DNA of 64,000 bases from an uncultured Gammaproteobacteria bacterium (GCA_963773065.1 CAVYZN010000009.1:128001-192000), one strand, 5' to 3'. Shown: positions 41,143 to 52,634, numbered from the stretch's first letter. The notes: generated by a model not told the origin, from the letters alone. Numbers and translations: made by a program.

Positions 41143-42483
41143 TGCTGGAGAAGGTCGTCATCGCGAACCGGGGCGAGATCGCCCTGCGGATCCTGCGGGC
41201 GTGCCAGGAACTCGGCATCAGCACGGTGGCGGTGTATTCCGTCGCCGACCGCGATTTGAAACATGTATTGCTGGCCGATGAGAGCGTCTGCATCGGTCCG
41301 GCGCCTTCCACCGCCAGTTACCTCAATATCCCGGCCATCATCAGCGCCGCCGAAGTGACCGACGCGGATGCCATCCATCCCGGTTACGGGTTCCTGTCCG
41401 AGAACGACGATTTCGCCGAGCAGGTCGAGCGCAGCGGCTTCGTGTTCATCGGTCCGCGGCCGGAAACCATACGCACCATGGGCGACAAGGTCGCCGCGAT
41501 CCGCGCCATGAAGGCCGCCGGCGTGCCCTGCGTGCCGGGGTCGGATGGCCCGCTGGGCGATGATGACAAGGCCAATATCGCCATGGCCCGCAAGATCGGC
41601 TACCCGATCATCATCAAGGCGGCGGGCGGCGGCGGCGGGACGCGGCATGCGCGTGGTGCACGCGGAAGCCGCGTTGCTGGCCGCGATTTCGCTGACCCGC
41701 ACCGAGGCCAGGAACGCCTTCAACAACGACGTGGTCTACATGGAAAAATACCTCGACCGGCCACGACACATCGAGTTCCAGGTGCTGGGCGACGGGGAAG
41801 GCAATGCCATCCATCTGGGCGAGCGCGATTGCTCCATGCAGCGCCGCCACCAGAAGGTGGTGGAGGAGGCGCCCGCGCCGGGTATTAGCGAGGAACAACG
41901 CCAGGTGATGGGGCAGCGTTGCGCCGATGCCTGCAAGCGGCTGCGTTACCGCGGGGCCGGGACATTCGAATTCCTCTACCAGGACGGCGAGTTCTACTTC
42001 ATCGAGATGAATACGCGTATCCAGGTGGAACATCCGGTCACGGAAATGGTCACCGGCGTGGATATCGTCAAGGAGCAGTTGCGCATCGCCGCCGGTGAAG
42101 GCATTTCCTACCGCCAGGAGGACATCAGGATCCGCGGTCACGCCATCGAGTGCCGCATCAATGCCGAGGACCCGAAAAACTTCATGCCCTCGCCCGGCCG
42201 GATCGAGATGTACCATGCACCGGGCGGCCCCGGCATCCGCATGGACACCCACATCTACAACGGCTACCGGGTCCCTCCCTACTACGATTCCATGATCGGC
42301 AAGCTGATCGCCTATGGCGAGACCCGTAAATCGGCGCTGGCGCGCATGCGCGTGGCGCTCAACGAGATCGTCATCGACGGCATCAAGTCCAACGTGCCCC
42401 TGCAACTGGACATCATAACGGACCATGCCTTCATGGAAGGCGGGACCGATATCCACTACCTGGAGAAGAAGCTGGGGCTTTGA
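41142..42483 (+). CDS. accC: Biotin carboxylase (single frameshift at ~41640, probably sequencing error)
   Basis: '[10 protein letters not shown]', '[10 protein letters not shown]', 'KAAGGGG-RGM', '[11 protein letters not shown]', '[14 protein letters not shown]'. Confidence 0.95.
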
Positions 42484-42510
42484 CGGGGGTAGGGTGCGCC
42501 ATGCGCACCG

Positions 42511-42547
42511 TAATGGCCACGGAAGCCACGGAAATACACGGAAAAAT
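42511..42547 (+). repeat. Left arm of GGCCACGGAA element (no insert)
   Basis: TAATGGCCACGGAAGCCACGGAAATACACGGAAAAAT; complementary arm at 50291-50494. Confidence 0.75.
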
Positions 42548-42626
42548 CAAAGCATCACTCGTATGGTGCACCGTGCACACCGAAGGGTATGAAATCACGG
42601 AAGAGACAGAAAGGAGTAGAGAAATT

Positions 42627-45239
42627 GTGACTCACCAGATACTTCGTTTTGGCTCACCGAGCGATCCAACGCTCACTGTGCGCATCAAGGGCAACGTCAA
42701 AGTCTGCGTACCCAACAACATCTCCCTGATGACTCCTTATGTGCTGCTCGAGCAGGAAGATTGGTTTGAGGACGAAATTAGTTTCGTCCGCAGCGTACTT
42801 GGTTCGGGAGATCGCGTTATTGACATTGGAGCAAACTACGGGATTTATACCTTGACCGCGGCCGCGGTGGTTGGGGCGCAGGGCGAGGTGTGGGCATTCG
42901 AACCATGCACCGAAACGGCTGGATTCTTGCGGCAGAGCGTGGGCAAGAATGCATTTGGCAATGTGGAGGTAATGACCACCGCTCTGTCGGATCGTCAGGG
43001 CAGCGGCTATTTGAGTCTGTCGCCCAACTCGGAGTTGAACGCTTTAACCAATGATCGCAATCCGCGAAGGCTCTTACGAAGAGATTCAGACGGATACCAT
43101 GGATCAATGTATGTCACGCTACGGTTGGTCTGACATCGCTTTCGTCAAACTCGACGCCGAGGGACATGAAGAGAGGATATTGAAAGGCGCAGCGAAGTTT
43201 CTTGCAGCGGCTTCGCCTCTTGTCATGTACGAAATCAAGGCAGGCGAGCGGGTCAATTTGGATTTGGTCGACGCCTTTCGGACCCTGGAGTATGACAGCT
43301 ATCGATTGGTGCCAGGGCTCGGTGTACTCGTGCCGTTTGATGCGACACAGAATATCGACCCCTACCAACTCAATTTGTTCGCCTGCAAGCGCGATCGCGC
43401 AGAAATGCTTGCACGCAAAGAGTTGCTAGTGACAGCGTACGAGTCGGTACAAGTTCCCGCCGACAGTTTCCTAACGATATCGTGGATCGAACCGGAAGAG
43501 TGGCAGATAAAGTTGCGTCAATCCTGGATCGCGGCCTGGCCGCAGTTGCAGGGTACAGAAAGCGGCAAGGCGTATCTTCAAGCACTCGAATGTTACGCCG
43601 CAGCCTATGACGGTGGAAAACCGCTCACGCAGCGGATCGGGTATCTGGCGCAAGCATGTGATCTTCTCTTGGCAGTTGTGCAGGGATCTGGAAATAGTTT
43701 CAGTCGTTTATTGTCATTCGCGCGCGCGGCAGCAGATTGGGGACAGCGCAACCTCGCGGTAATCGCGTATGAGCAATTACTCGTGGCGATGCAAAACGTC
43801 ATGCCAGTATAGATGAACGAGAACCATTTCTGCCGCCGCAAGCTCCCGGGTTGATGCGCCCAATCGCAGACCACTCGTCCTCATGGATAGTTGCCGCTAT
43901 CGCGGAGCAATTCGAACGACTGTCTGAATATTCGTCCTATTTCTCCGGGGCAGGACACCACGCTCTGCTCGAGAGTTTTCGCAGCCTAGGCTATCCGTCG
44001 GCCGAGATGGAACGCAGACGCCAACTATTGATAATTACATAACCACGTGACATCAGAACAACTCTGCCTGTTTCCAGAACGCTGCGACCAGCGTGGTGCG
44101 CGCTGCGCGGATTTGAGCTTGCTGCGTGTCGTGTGGGCCAGGTCCGCAATGGAATTCGGACAGAAATTCGCCAGCGCGTGACGCTTGAGCCAGGCCCATA
44201 GGTATTCGACTGGATTGAGCTCCGGTGCATAAGGCGGCAGGAAGGCCATGGCGATATGCCCGTTGAGGGTATCGACGTAGTCGCGTAACATCCGGGAACG
44301 GTGCGCCCGAAGTCCATCCCAGATGATTAGCAGCGGCTGCTTGATCTGTGCGATCAGTGCTTTCAGGAATGCCACGATCTGCGGACTCTTGATCGTACCC
44401 GGATGCAGACGAAAGTAGGCGCTGGTGAAACTGACGCTGGCGATCATCGACAACTGTTTCCAGTTGAAATGGAACTGGATGACTGGCGTTTGCCCTCGCG
44501 GCGCCCAAGTGCGTACCCGCGTGGGCCGTTCGGACAGGCCCGACTCGTCGATAAAAAGGATTACCCGGCCTTCGCGGCAGGCTTTTTTTTGAGTGCAGGC
44601 CACGTGCGCCTCTTCCAATGCGCCACGGCCTCTTCGTTGCGCTCGATCGCGCGCTTCTCGGGTTTCTGGCTGGAGAAGCCCATGGCACCCAGGATACGCC
44701 ACACGTGGACGTCGCTGTAGGTGATGCCGAAATGGTTCTCGATCAGCAGGCGTACCCGCTTGAGTGTCCACAGATCGGTGCCATATCCATTGGCGATGGG
44801 CCCGGCCAATAGCAACTCGCGCAGCGCGTCCAATTGTTCGACCGATATCCACGCCGGACGGCCTCCCTTGCTCATCTGGCGCAAGCCCTGGAATGCCGTG
44901 TTCCTGCAAAACACTGAACCAGCGATACACGGTCTGCCGCGGTGCGCCAACGGTTCTGGCTACCTCGGGTGGTGTCTTGCCTTTTAACAGCAGACGACCG
45001 GCACGAATTCGGCGCTTGGTCGCCGCGTCCATCTTCACCGCCATGGCGTACTCCCGATGTCACACTGACATCGCTATTATACGTGAATAGGCGATAACAT
45101 GTCATATGGTTATGTAATTATCAATAGTTCGTATGCGCAGCGGCCTTTCAAACGTCCCGAACCGAATTCGTCTCTGGCGGTCAGATCTGAATTCAATCTG
45201 AATTGCGAGCTATGGGCAGGTGCCAAGCCACTGGAATAG
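42627..45239 (+). pseudogene. FkbM-family methyltransferase interrupted by IS630
   Basis: 'VIDIGANYG-YT', 'AFEP', 'FVKLDAEGHE'; reading 'ERRRQL|VRMRSG' is restored when the IS and one TA are removed; tail 'NLNCELW…*' ends 45239. Confidence 0.8.
44028..45124 (-). mobile_element. IS630-family insertion sequence
   Basis: TIR TTGATAATTACATAACCA / TGGTTATGTAATTATCAA, TA duplication (44026-27, 45125-26), HTH ORF + DDE ORF ('FIDESG', 'IWDGLRAH', 'LPPYAPELNPVEYLW'), A8 frameshift site 44583-44590. Confidence 0.93.
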
Positions 45240-45283
45240 GGTTAGCCGGCACGCGTTGCTGGCGTGTTGTCTTTTTTGCTTCG

Positions 45284-46138
45284 CTAGCGGAATAGTTTTT
45301 GAACAAGACCGGTCTTGTTCCCCTCATCGAACAAGCGGAAGCAATGGTATGACACATCCGGGCTTTGATATAAATAAGTCAACACCCCCAATTTTATTAA
45401 CTTTTCCGCGGGAAGGACGGCGAGTTCTTCGATATTTCTCATGAATAGCGCATCCGCCCACATGTGCTGAACCGCGAAGTTGAGGTCATTGTTTACGACT
45501 AGCGGCCTGATCGTTCGGCCAGCCAGGCCGAGAAACTTGTGGAACATGAATCCCCGATCCGTAAGGTAACTACAGACGTCGCCAAATAGCGGTTGATCAA
45601 TATAGAGCGGAATAAACTCCACTTCGCTAACAATCGCGACCACTTGTTCCAAGGTATGGATGCCGCCCTTGAATACGTCCAGTTCGGCTCCTTGGATATC
45701 GATTTTGATAAAATCGACGCCGGCGATTTCATGCTCTCTAGTAAAATGATCCAGACTCACCGTGTCGATCTGACCAACGGATTTCAGCATCGCGACATCC
45801 AGGTTATGATACAAACGCATTAGCTCTTCATTCGGTTTGAAGAGCGAGGTGCACATCGGATGTGATGTTTCGTAAAGCGCACGGTGCTCCTGTTTGCGAC
45901 CGAGCGCCACCGGAAAGTACTTGAGCCCCGGTATTGCCTTGCCGTTCAGGTCCGCACATAATTTCTCGTCGATTTCGAACGCAATGATTTCGGTTCCAGG
46001 AAATGCGTCTAATAGCGGGTGAAACGGTTCCGTCACGCCCTCCAGTGGCAATGCGCCGATTTCCAGGATTCGAAAGGTGAGCGGGCCGTATATTTCGCTG
46101 ATTATCTTCGCTACCGCGCCAATTTTGTTTATAAGCAT
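45284..46138 (-). CDS. FkbM-family methyltransferase
   Basis: 'ILEIGA', 'IAFE', 'VDFIKIDIQGAELDVFKG', 'EVEF-PLY-DQPLFGDV'. Confidence 0.88.
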   Translation of the reverse strand: MLINKIGAVAKIISEIYGPLTFRILEIGALPLEGVTEPFHPLLDAFPGTEIIAFEIDEKLCADLNGKAIPGLKYFPVALGRKQEHRALYETSHPMCTSLFKPNEELMRLYHNLDVAMLKSVGQIDTVSLDHFTREHEIAGVDFIKIDIQGAELDVFKGGIHTLEQVVAIVSEVEFIPLYIDQPLFGDVCSYLTDRGFMFHKFLGLAGRTIRPLVVNNDLNFAVQHMWADALFMRNIEELAVLPAEKLIKLGVLTYLYQSPDVSYHCFRLFDEGNKTGLVQKLFR

Positions 46139-46377
46139 TTCGTAATTTGCTCCTTATTGATCCGATTGCCGACTGCGGCTCGGAACTCCGCGTATCTTCG
46201 TTGGGTGGTAGTCTGACTACGTTTGAGCGTTATACCACTTAACACACATCTCCCGTATGCCCGTTCAAGGTGCTGTGCAAAGGGTTTACCATCGCACAGT
46301 GCCGTGCGCTGCATTCGCTCGCGTAATCCGGCTCTCAGCGTCAAGAGGTGATTAAGATTGCTGCTTCTTGACGGCAA
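46129..46377 (-). pseudogene. C-terminal remnant of a GT41/SPINDLY protein
   Basis: 'LNHLLTLRAGLRERMQRTALCDGKPFAQHLERAY' aligns with the C-terminus of 37153-38928. Confidence 0.7.
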
Positions 46378-46489
46378 TGTTCACATACACGTCTGGAGTC
46401 TGAGCGATCAATTCCGGCAGGCCACGTATAGGACTTTTAAAAGGCCTTTTTCCTCAAAAGTGAAAGTACTGCTGAACCTGCGGGGTGTC

Positions 46490-47430
46490 AATCACCCGTC
46501 TCCTGGGTCCAGGATTGGGGACTTTTCTATCCACTCATAGGCCCTCGGTGCCAAGTGTAAGCCGTTCGTTAGCAATAGCCGGACGGGTAATGTATCGGCA
46601 TAAGTGTTCGAGTTTGTGGCGCTGATCGATGGCGCAGCGTACCTCGGCATGGAGGCTGAAGCCGTACGCGCCGACACAGCATTGTTGCGTGGGTACGCCG
46701 GTTGACTGATGACCGTTTGCAGGCTCAACACTTCCTGACCCGCCCCCGGGCCCAAGCGCAATGCGGTAGGTGCAGGCCGCTGATTGCAGGGGCGCCAGCG
46801 CGGTATGCGGATCGGTTTCGGCCAGACAGGTCATTCCCTGCTCTTCAATGAGATAACCTTTGCGGGTTAATAGCTGCAGCAGGCGTTTTATGATCCGGCT
46901 GAGTAAAGCCTTCAACTCTCCCGAGGGGGTAGGGGCGCGAACGGAATGGAATACCGGTACGCCGCTAGTGGTGCGATAGACCCCATCGAGCATGAGGCAA
47001 TGCAGATGAATATTGAAATTGGCGGCCTAGCCAAAGCGCTGGATGAGGGTGACGGCGTCGGTGTCGGCTTGGGTGCGTTTTATTCCTGCTTATTTGATCA
47101 GAAATGCCGCAATGACCCGGTGGATGATCTGCAACACGGGTGCGAGCAGATGGGGATGGGCGGCAAAGAGGTAACGCAGCGGGATCGGAAATGACAGCAC
47201 CCATTGGCGCACCGGCACCCAGGGAATGACGAAATTAACCAGGTGGGCGTCTGTCTCCACCATGCGTCGGGCACCGCAGGCGGGGGCAAAAGCCACGCTA
47301 TAGGAGAAGGCCACGAGCTTCTCATAGGCGCAGTCGGCGCAACGCAGGCGTAGAAAACGATGGGCCAGTACGCCGCATTAAAAAATGACATCGAACTCCT
47401 CTTCAACAAAGTCGGGCAATCCCACCCGGT
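46490..47430 (-). mobile_element. IS91/ISCR-family (HUH Y2) transposase remnant
   Basis: 'CGARRM---AHLV--V-P-VPVRQWVLSFP-PLR', 'LDGVY', 'GFSLHA', 'LE-LCRYITRPAIANERL'; stops and frameshifts, truncated. Confidence 0.85.
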
Positions 47431-47486
47431 TTCAAGCTAGACTTGAGTTAAAAAGGATTCAAAGGTTGAATGGCACTTACTTAGTA

Positions 47487-48935
47487 CTACTGTGTTATTA
47501 AATTCGCCTCACTATTGGGCGCCCGCAACAGGGACACTGTAGCAGTGTTCTGGCGATGGCGCGTGCCAGCCGGAAACGGCAGGTGGCGATCGACGTCGGC
47601 TCATGTCGCTGCATCGGTTCCAGCCCCGCGCGGGCGCAAGCGGGTGGGTAGGGTAGGCGCTTTGAGTTGAACGGAGTTTTTTTTACTGCCGGCGAGGCGT
47701 TCCAGCATCAGAAAACCGTAAGCGGCAATGCACAGACTCGCGTGATGATGGAAGCCTCTCCAGTTGCGGCCTTCGTAGTGACCCAGCCCAAGCTACTGCT
47801 TGAGCTCCTCGTAATCTCGCTAGATGCGCCAGCGTACCATCACCATGTAGATCATCTCCTGCTAGGGCAGGTTCCTGGGAAGATTGCTGCACCAGTAGTG
47901 GGCCGGTTCATCGGCACCCTCTGCCCATTCGATGATCAGCCACTCTTCGTCCCGGGGACGGTGACGGTGAGACGCACGCACGCGCACCCGCGCGAAAGCG
48001 AGCAACGGCCAGACACCCCCGGGCGACAGGTCACCGTCCGCCATCGCTTCCCCGGCAGCACCTGCGCCGACTCGGCTACGGAAATCGGCTGATGATCGTC
48101 GTCCCGCTGGAGTCGCCGGCGCGCTCTGCTGCGTTGGCCTTGAGGCTTCGGCTCGGTCAGCGGTTGATGTTCACCCCACCATACCGTCGTCCCCGGCCGT
48201 ACGCACACCGCATAGGTGAACTCGTGCGCAGCCAGTTGCTCGCGCCACGCCGTGTAGTCGCCGTAGGCGGCATCCGCCAGAACGACGCCGCGCGGATAAC
48301 CAGACGCCAAAGCCGCCTCGATCTGGCGCATCGCCAACGCCGGCTTGGTCTCGAAGCCAACCGCCTCGGGCACGCCGACCTGGCGGCGACGCGCCACATC
48401 GCCGGTCCACGCGGGCGGCAAGTACAATGGATAGGTGATAGGAAGGCTGCTGAAGGGCATGGCGATAGACAGCGACACCGCCACTCGGCAGTTGTCCTGC
48501 TCACGAGTCTGGCCGCAGTACTGACGCGCGACCCCCACCGAGTGGTTACCCTTCTACGCAAACGCCGTGACGTCCACGATGCAGAGCACTGGCATATCCT
48601 CACGCACCAGCTTGGGAAGCACGGCCCCGGCCACCGCCGACAACATCGCCTCGTCGCTCCAGGCCGCTTCGGCCGCCAGGTGATGCATCGACTGATGCGC
48701 CGAGCGTACATTCTGCGGCTGCACGCGCGCCGCCATCGGCTCCACGCTCTTGCGCTCACCCGGCAACATCGATCGCTTGATGTACCAGCGCGCCGGTTGC
48801 TCACGATCGGCGGGCATCGGCGTGTTCGCGATAGTGTCACTGTACTTCTTAAACTGTGCTTCCAGACTCAGACCCATGGCGAACCTCATAAAGCACTTGA
48901 AGAGGCCGGCATGATGCCTTATTTTATGACACGAA
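47487..48935 (-). mobile_element. IS701-family element, degraded transposase
   Basis: 'RKSVEPMAA', 'SMHHL-A-A-WSD', 'GVARQYCG----DNC-VAVSLS', 'LADAAYG'; ends CTACTGTGTTAT / TTTATGACAC. Confidence 0.85.
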
Positions 48936-48970
48936 GAGTATTAGCGAGCTTTTCAGTATATACATGACAT

Positions 48971-50278
48971 CACTGCTGTCCAAAACAGCCCCGAGCTGGC
49001 ATACGGCACCAAGGCCAGGGCGGCCTCAGGGTTGTCCAGCGGATCGGGCGGGATGGCAAAGGGCTTGTCGAGCCAGGCCATCAGATCGCGATGGGTGAAG
49101 AGATTCATGCGCAGCAGGGCCACCAGATTGGAGAGACTCCAGCCGAAGCGCGAGGATAGTTGCAGGTAGCGCAGCAGGAGCATCGAGATCAGTGCGGTCC
49201 AAATCTGGGTCTTCACCGCGTTGGCCGTGGTGCCCACGAAGGTCTTGATCTTCAAGTTCTGCTTCAGGGCCTTGAAGAACAGCTCGACCGCCCAGCGGTC
49301 CTTGTAGATGGCGGCAATGGTGCTGGCGCCCAGGCCGTGATGGTTGGTCAGAAACACCAGCGTCTCGCCGGTGTCCTCGCGCACGGCCTCGATGCGGCGC
49401 AACCGGTGCGGGCACTTCTCTTGCGCACCAGCGCCGCTCAGTTCAATCGTCTGGTCGCGCAGGATGCGGCGGTTTTGCGGCGGCTCGCGCTCCTCGATGA
49501 CTTCGAACTGGGCGTTGTCCTTCATGCGGGTGACGAAGAACACGCCCGCTTCGGTCCATTTGGCGAACAGCCGGTAGTCGTTGTAACCCCGGTCATCGAC
49601 CACGATGGTGCCCGGGCGCGAAAGGTGAATCTGCTGGGCCACCTTCACATCATGCACCGAGCCCTCGGTGATGATGCCGAAGCAGGGCAAGTAGCCGTCG
49701 TGATCGAGCACCAGGTGCAGCTTGACCGCCCCCTTGGTGCGCCGGAACTTCGCCCAGTCGTACATCGACAGGCACAGGTCGATTACCGTGGAATCGCAGG
49801 CTCACCAGTTTGTGCTTGAAGCGAAACTTGCGCGGTGCGCGCACGCTGGCGGCCACGGTCTCGAACAGCCCGTAGAAAGACCTGCTGGAACAGCTCCCAC
49901 GGACGATGGCGCGTTGGCGTAGGAAAGCGAGGAGCGCGCCGGCGCCTCGATGCCCAGGTGAGCAAGCTTGCCCTCGCAGCTCTTCAGCCCGCCTTCAATC
50001 TCGCGCAACGAATGCGCTCGCCCCAGTTGGCAGAACAGCATGGCCACGAACTGGCTCCAACTCGGAAAACCCTTTCGCAGCATACTCGGCACTGGTCTGC
50101 CTTGACCATGCGCTCAAACTCAATACGTGCGGAACCAGCTTGAGGATCTGGCTGAACATGCTGCATGATGCTCTCACGTTGGGCCTCCTTCGGTCCAGGT
50201 CAGGTGGGTTTGGCGACTTCACCTCTACCCTACACCTGCGGGACGGCCCAACGTCATATCCTGTTTTGGACGAGAGTG
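48971..50278 (-). mobile_element. IS4-family element (DUF4372 + DDE transposase, frameshifted)
   Basis: Imperfect 18-bp TIR CACTGCTGTCCAAAACAG / CTGTTTTGGACGAGAGTG; 'WAKFRRTKGAVKLH', 'DRGY', 'YKDRW-VELFFK-LKQNLKIKTF-G'. Confidence 0.9.
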
Positions 50279-50290
50279 TTCACGTTTTTT

Positions 50291-50548
50291 ATTTCCGTGT
50301 ATTTCCGTGTGTTTCGATGTACAGGGATGTACAAGTGTCGCGTGAGGGCACGACTGCAGGGATGCACGACTACAGGGATGTAGGAGGTAGGGTAACGCAT
50401 GGAGCAGTTACCGAGGAGATAGGGCACCAAATGTAGGCGCTTTAGGCAATGCAGGAGCAATTGCCGAGGAAGCCGGGAGCGACCCGTGGCCATTCTTTGC
50501 TCTCACTTCTCACTTCTCACTTCTCACTTCTCACTTCTCACTTCTCAC
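50291..50548 (-). repeat. Right arm of GGCCACGGAA element with multi-level hairpin insert + (TTCTCAC)n abutting prmA ATG
   Basis: TTTCCGTGTATTTCCGTG…CCGTGGCCATT followed by about 7 TTCTCAC units. Confidence 0.85.
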
Positions 50549-51454
50549 ATGACCTGGCTGCAATTATCTGTTGTAGTCACTGGTGAAAGGTCAGAAGCTG
50601 CCACCGAGGTCTTGGTCGATGCCGGCGCGCTTTCCGTGACTTACCAGGATGCCGCCGATGAGCCGATTCTCGAACCGGCCCTGGGAGAGCATCCGGTGTG
50701 GTCGGCAACCCGCGTGGTGGCGTTGTTGCCGGACGGCTGTGATCCGGCCCGAATAACGCAACGCCTGCGCGAGGCGTTGCATGACGCGGAGATCGAGCTT
50801 CGGATTGACTATCTGGAAGACCGTGACTGGTCCAGCGCCTGGCGGGATAGTTTCCACGCCATGCGGTTTGGCGCGCGCCTGTGGGTGGTGCCGAGCGGTG
50901 AGTCACCTCCTGTAGCGGATGCCGTCACGGTCCACATGGATCCGGGGCTCGCCTTTGGGACCGGCACGCATGCCACCACCGCGCTGTGCCTGGAGTGGCT
51001 GGATGCGCATCCGCCGCTGGATCGGGATGTCATTGATTATGGTTGCGGATCCGGAATACTCGCCATCGCGGCCGGCAAGCTGGGCGCAAGTCAGGTGCGC
51101 GCCGTGGATATCGATCCGCAAGCGTTGCAGGCCACGCGGGAAAATGCCGTGCGCAATGGTATTGGAGAGGATCTGGAAGCATTGTTTCCGGACGCCCTGG
51201 ATGCGCAACCGGCCGATCTGGTGATTGCCAATATCCTCGCCAACCCGCTGATCGAGCTTGCCGAGACCCTGGCCCGCCACGTGTCCCTGCGGGGCCATAT
51301 CGTTTTGACGGGTATTCTTGCGGAACAGGCCGGCGAGGTTATCGCGGCGTACCGGCCGTGGTTCGAGTTTCGCGAGCCCGTGAAACGTGAAGGATGGGTG
51401 CTGCTGGAGGGGGTGAAAGAACGTGAGACGTCAGAAGTGAGAAGTAAGAAGTGA
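50549..51454 (+). CDS. prmA: Ribosomal protein L11 methyltransferase
   Basis: 'MTWLQL', 'DPGLAFGTGTHATT-LCL', 'DYGCGSGILAIAA', 'ANILANPL'. Confidence 0.96.
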   Translation: MTWLQLSVVVTGERSEAATEVLVDAGALSVTYQDAADEPILEPALGEHPVWSATRVVALLPDGCDPARITQRLREALHDAEIELRIDYLEDRDWSSAWRDSFHAMRFGARLWVVPSGESPPVADAVTVHMDPGLAFGTGTHATTALCLEWLDAHPPLDRDVIDYGCGSGILAIAAGKLGASQVRAVDIDPQALQATRENAVRNGIGEDLEALFPDALDAQPADLVIANILANPLIELAETLARHVSLRGHIVLTGILAEQAGEVIAAYRPWFEFREPVKREGWVLLEGVKERETSEVRSKK

Positions 51455-51660
51455 GAAGTGAGAAGTGAGAAGTGAGAAGAAAGATGGCCACGGAAGTACA
51501 CGGAAGTACACGGAAATATTCCAAAACTTTTATGTAGATTCCGTCGTGCCTACTAGGGACGCACGCCTACCCGTGCACTCATGCCCGAGCGGGTTTTCTC
51601 ACTTCTCACTTTTTACTTGTTACTTTTTTCTGTGGGTTCAGTGGATTCCGTGGCCATAAT
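51423..51660 (+). repeat. Intercistronic composite element
   Basis: (GTGAGAA)n - ATGGCCACGGAA(GTACACGGAA)2 - core - (TTCTCAC)n - TTCCGTGGCCATAA. Confidence 0.85.
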
Positions 51661-51724
51661 CCGTGACCATAAAAAGTGGGGACACCTTTTACCTTTCCTA
51701 TAGTGAAAGAGTAGACTAGCCGCC

Positions 51725-52525
51725 GTGTATACCTTCTGCCCGACATGCTCGACGATTTTTGCCATTAAGGCCGAGCATCTGCTTGCGGCCGCTGGACGGG
51801 TGCGCTGCGGGGAGTGTGGCCAGGTCTTTCGCGCCTTTGATTATGTGTATGAGGATCTGGCGACGGTTCAGGCGGCGCTTGCCGAGTACCATGCCCCGCA
51901 AGCGAATCAACACGTGTATGAACGGCCGGTTGGGTCTGGTGATGCCGGCGGAGAGGTCGAGGCGGATGACGGGTATGATGTCTTCGCTGACAACAGCGCC
52001 GCCGGCATCCTGATGCAGCCGGAGTTTTCCGGCGCCATGTCAGGAAGCACTCTTACCTGGCGGAATCTCGCTAAAGGGGTCATCATCGGCGCGCTGTCGT
52101 TGCTGCTGGGCGGGCAATGGCTGTTCTTCAACCGCACCGAATTGGCGGCGGAGAGCGTCTGGCGCCCCAAACTGGAAAGTCTCTGTTCCTTCCTGCATTG
52201 TGAGCTGCCCCTGCGGGTCGACCTGTCCCGCATCGAACTGGTCAGCCGCGATGTGCGCAAGCATCCGCAGGTCGCGGGTGCGTTGCAAATCAACGCCACC
52301 CTCGTCAACCGCGCCGGTTTTACCCAGCCTTACCCGGTCCTTGCCATCACCTTCTCGAATCCCTCCGGTACACCCGTCGCGGCGCGCCGTTTCAAACCCG
52401 CCGAATACCTCGGCGAGCAGACCGATATCGAGGCGGGTATGGCGACGGATACGCCGCTGCAGGTGATGCTGGAGATCGAAGATCCGGGCGAGGACGCGGT
52501 TTCCTTCCAGTTCGAATTTCTCTGA
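51725..52525 (+). CDS. Zinc-ribbon + DUF3426 membrane protein
   Basis: 'T-CP-C-T-F…GRVRCG-C-QVF', TM, 'LVNRA-F-QPYP-L---F'; conserved position between prmA and dusB. Confidence 0.88.
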   Translation: MYTFCPTCSTIFAIKAEHLLAAAGRVRCGECGQVFRAFDYVYEDLATVQAALAEYHAPQANQHVYERPVGSGDAGGEVEADDGYDVFADNSAAGILMQPEFSGAMSGSTLTWRNLAKGVIIGALSLLLGGQWLFFNRTELAAESVWRPKLESLCSFLHCELPLRVDLSRIELVSRDVRKHPQVAGALQINATLVNRAGFTQPYPVLAITFSNPSGTPVAARRFKPAEYLGEQTDIEAGMATDTPLQVMLEIEDPGEDAVSFQFEFL

Positions 52526-52634
52526 TTTTCAGGCCCTTCCGTACGGCGCTTTGCGCCACTTTATCCTGACCGTGGATGCGAGTATCATTCTGCGTCCTTC
52601 ACCCCCGGAATCCCCAAGAAAAGACACAAATCCG

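Noticed and set aside
41142-42483. accC (and wza, wzc, GT41, sulfotransferase genes) as pseudogenes
   Set aside because: accC is essential and otherwise fully conserved; the breaks are single-base indels, often in runs or GC repeats, typical of long-read error.
42480-42626. Long N-terminus of the FkbM ORF starting at 42480
   Set aside because: It runs through a REP and repeat arm; a better start (AAGGAG + GTG) is at 42627.
44583-44590. A8 frameshift in the transposase as a novel recoding signal
   Set aside because: Frameshifting at an A-run between the HTH and DDE ORFs is a known IS630 feature.
50486-50548. 'SHFSLLTSHFSLLTSH' N-terminal extension of PrmA, similar extension of the M48 peptidase (58394-58534) and small LLTSHFS ORFs
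   Set aside because: These are translations of the TTCTCAC heptamer arrays; conserved protein starts lie downstream.
42484-50548. Integron cassette array or prophage
   Set aside because: No tyrosine/serine integrase, no attC-like sites I can support, and no phage genes.
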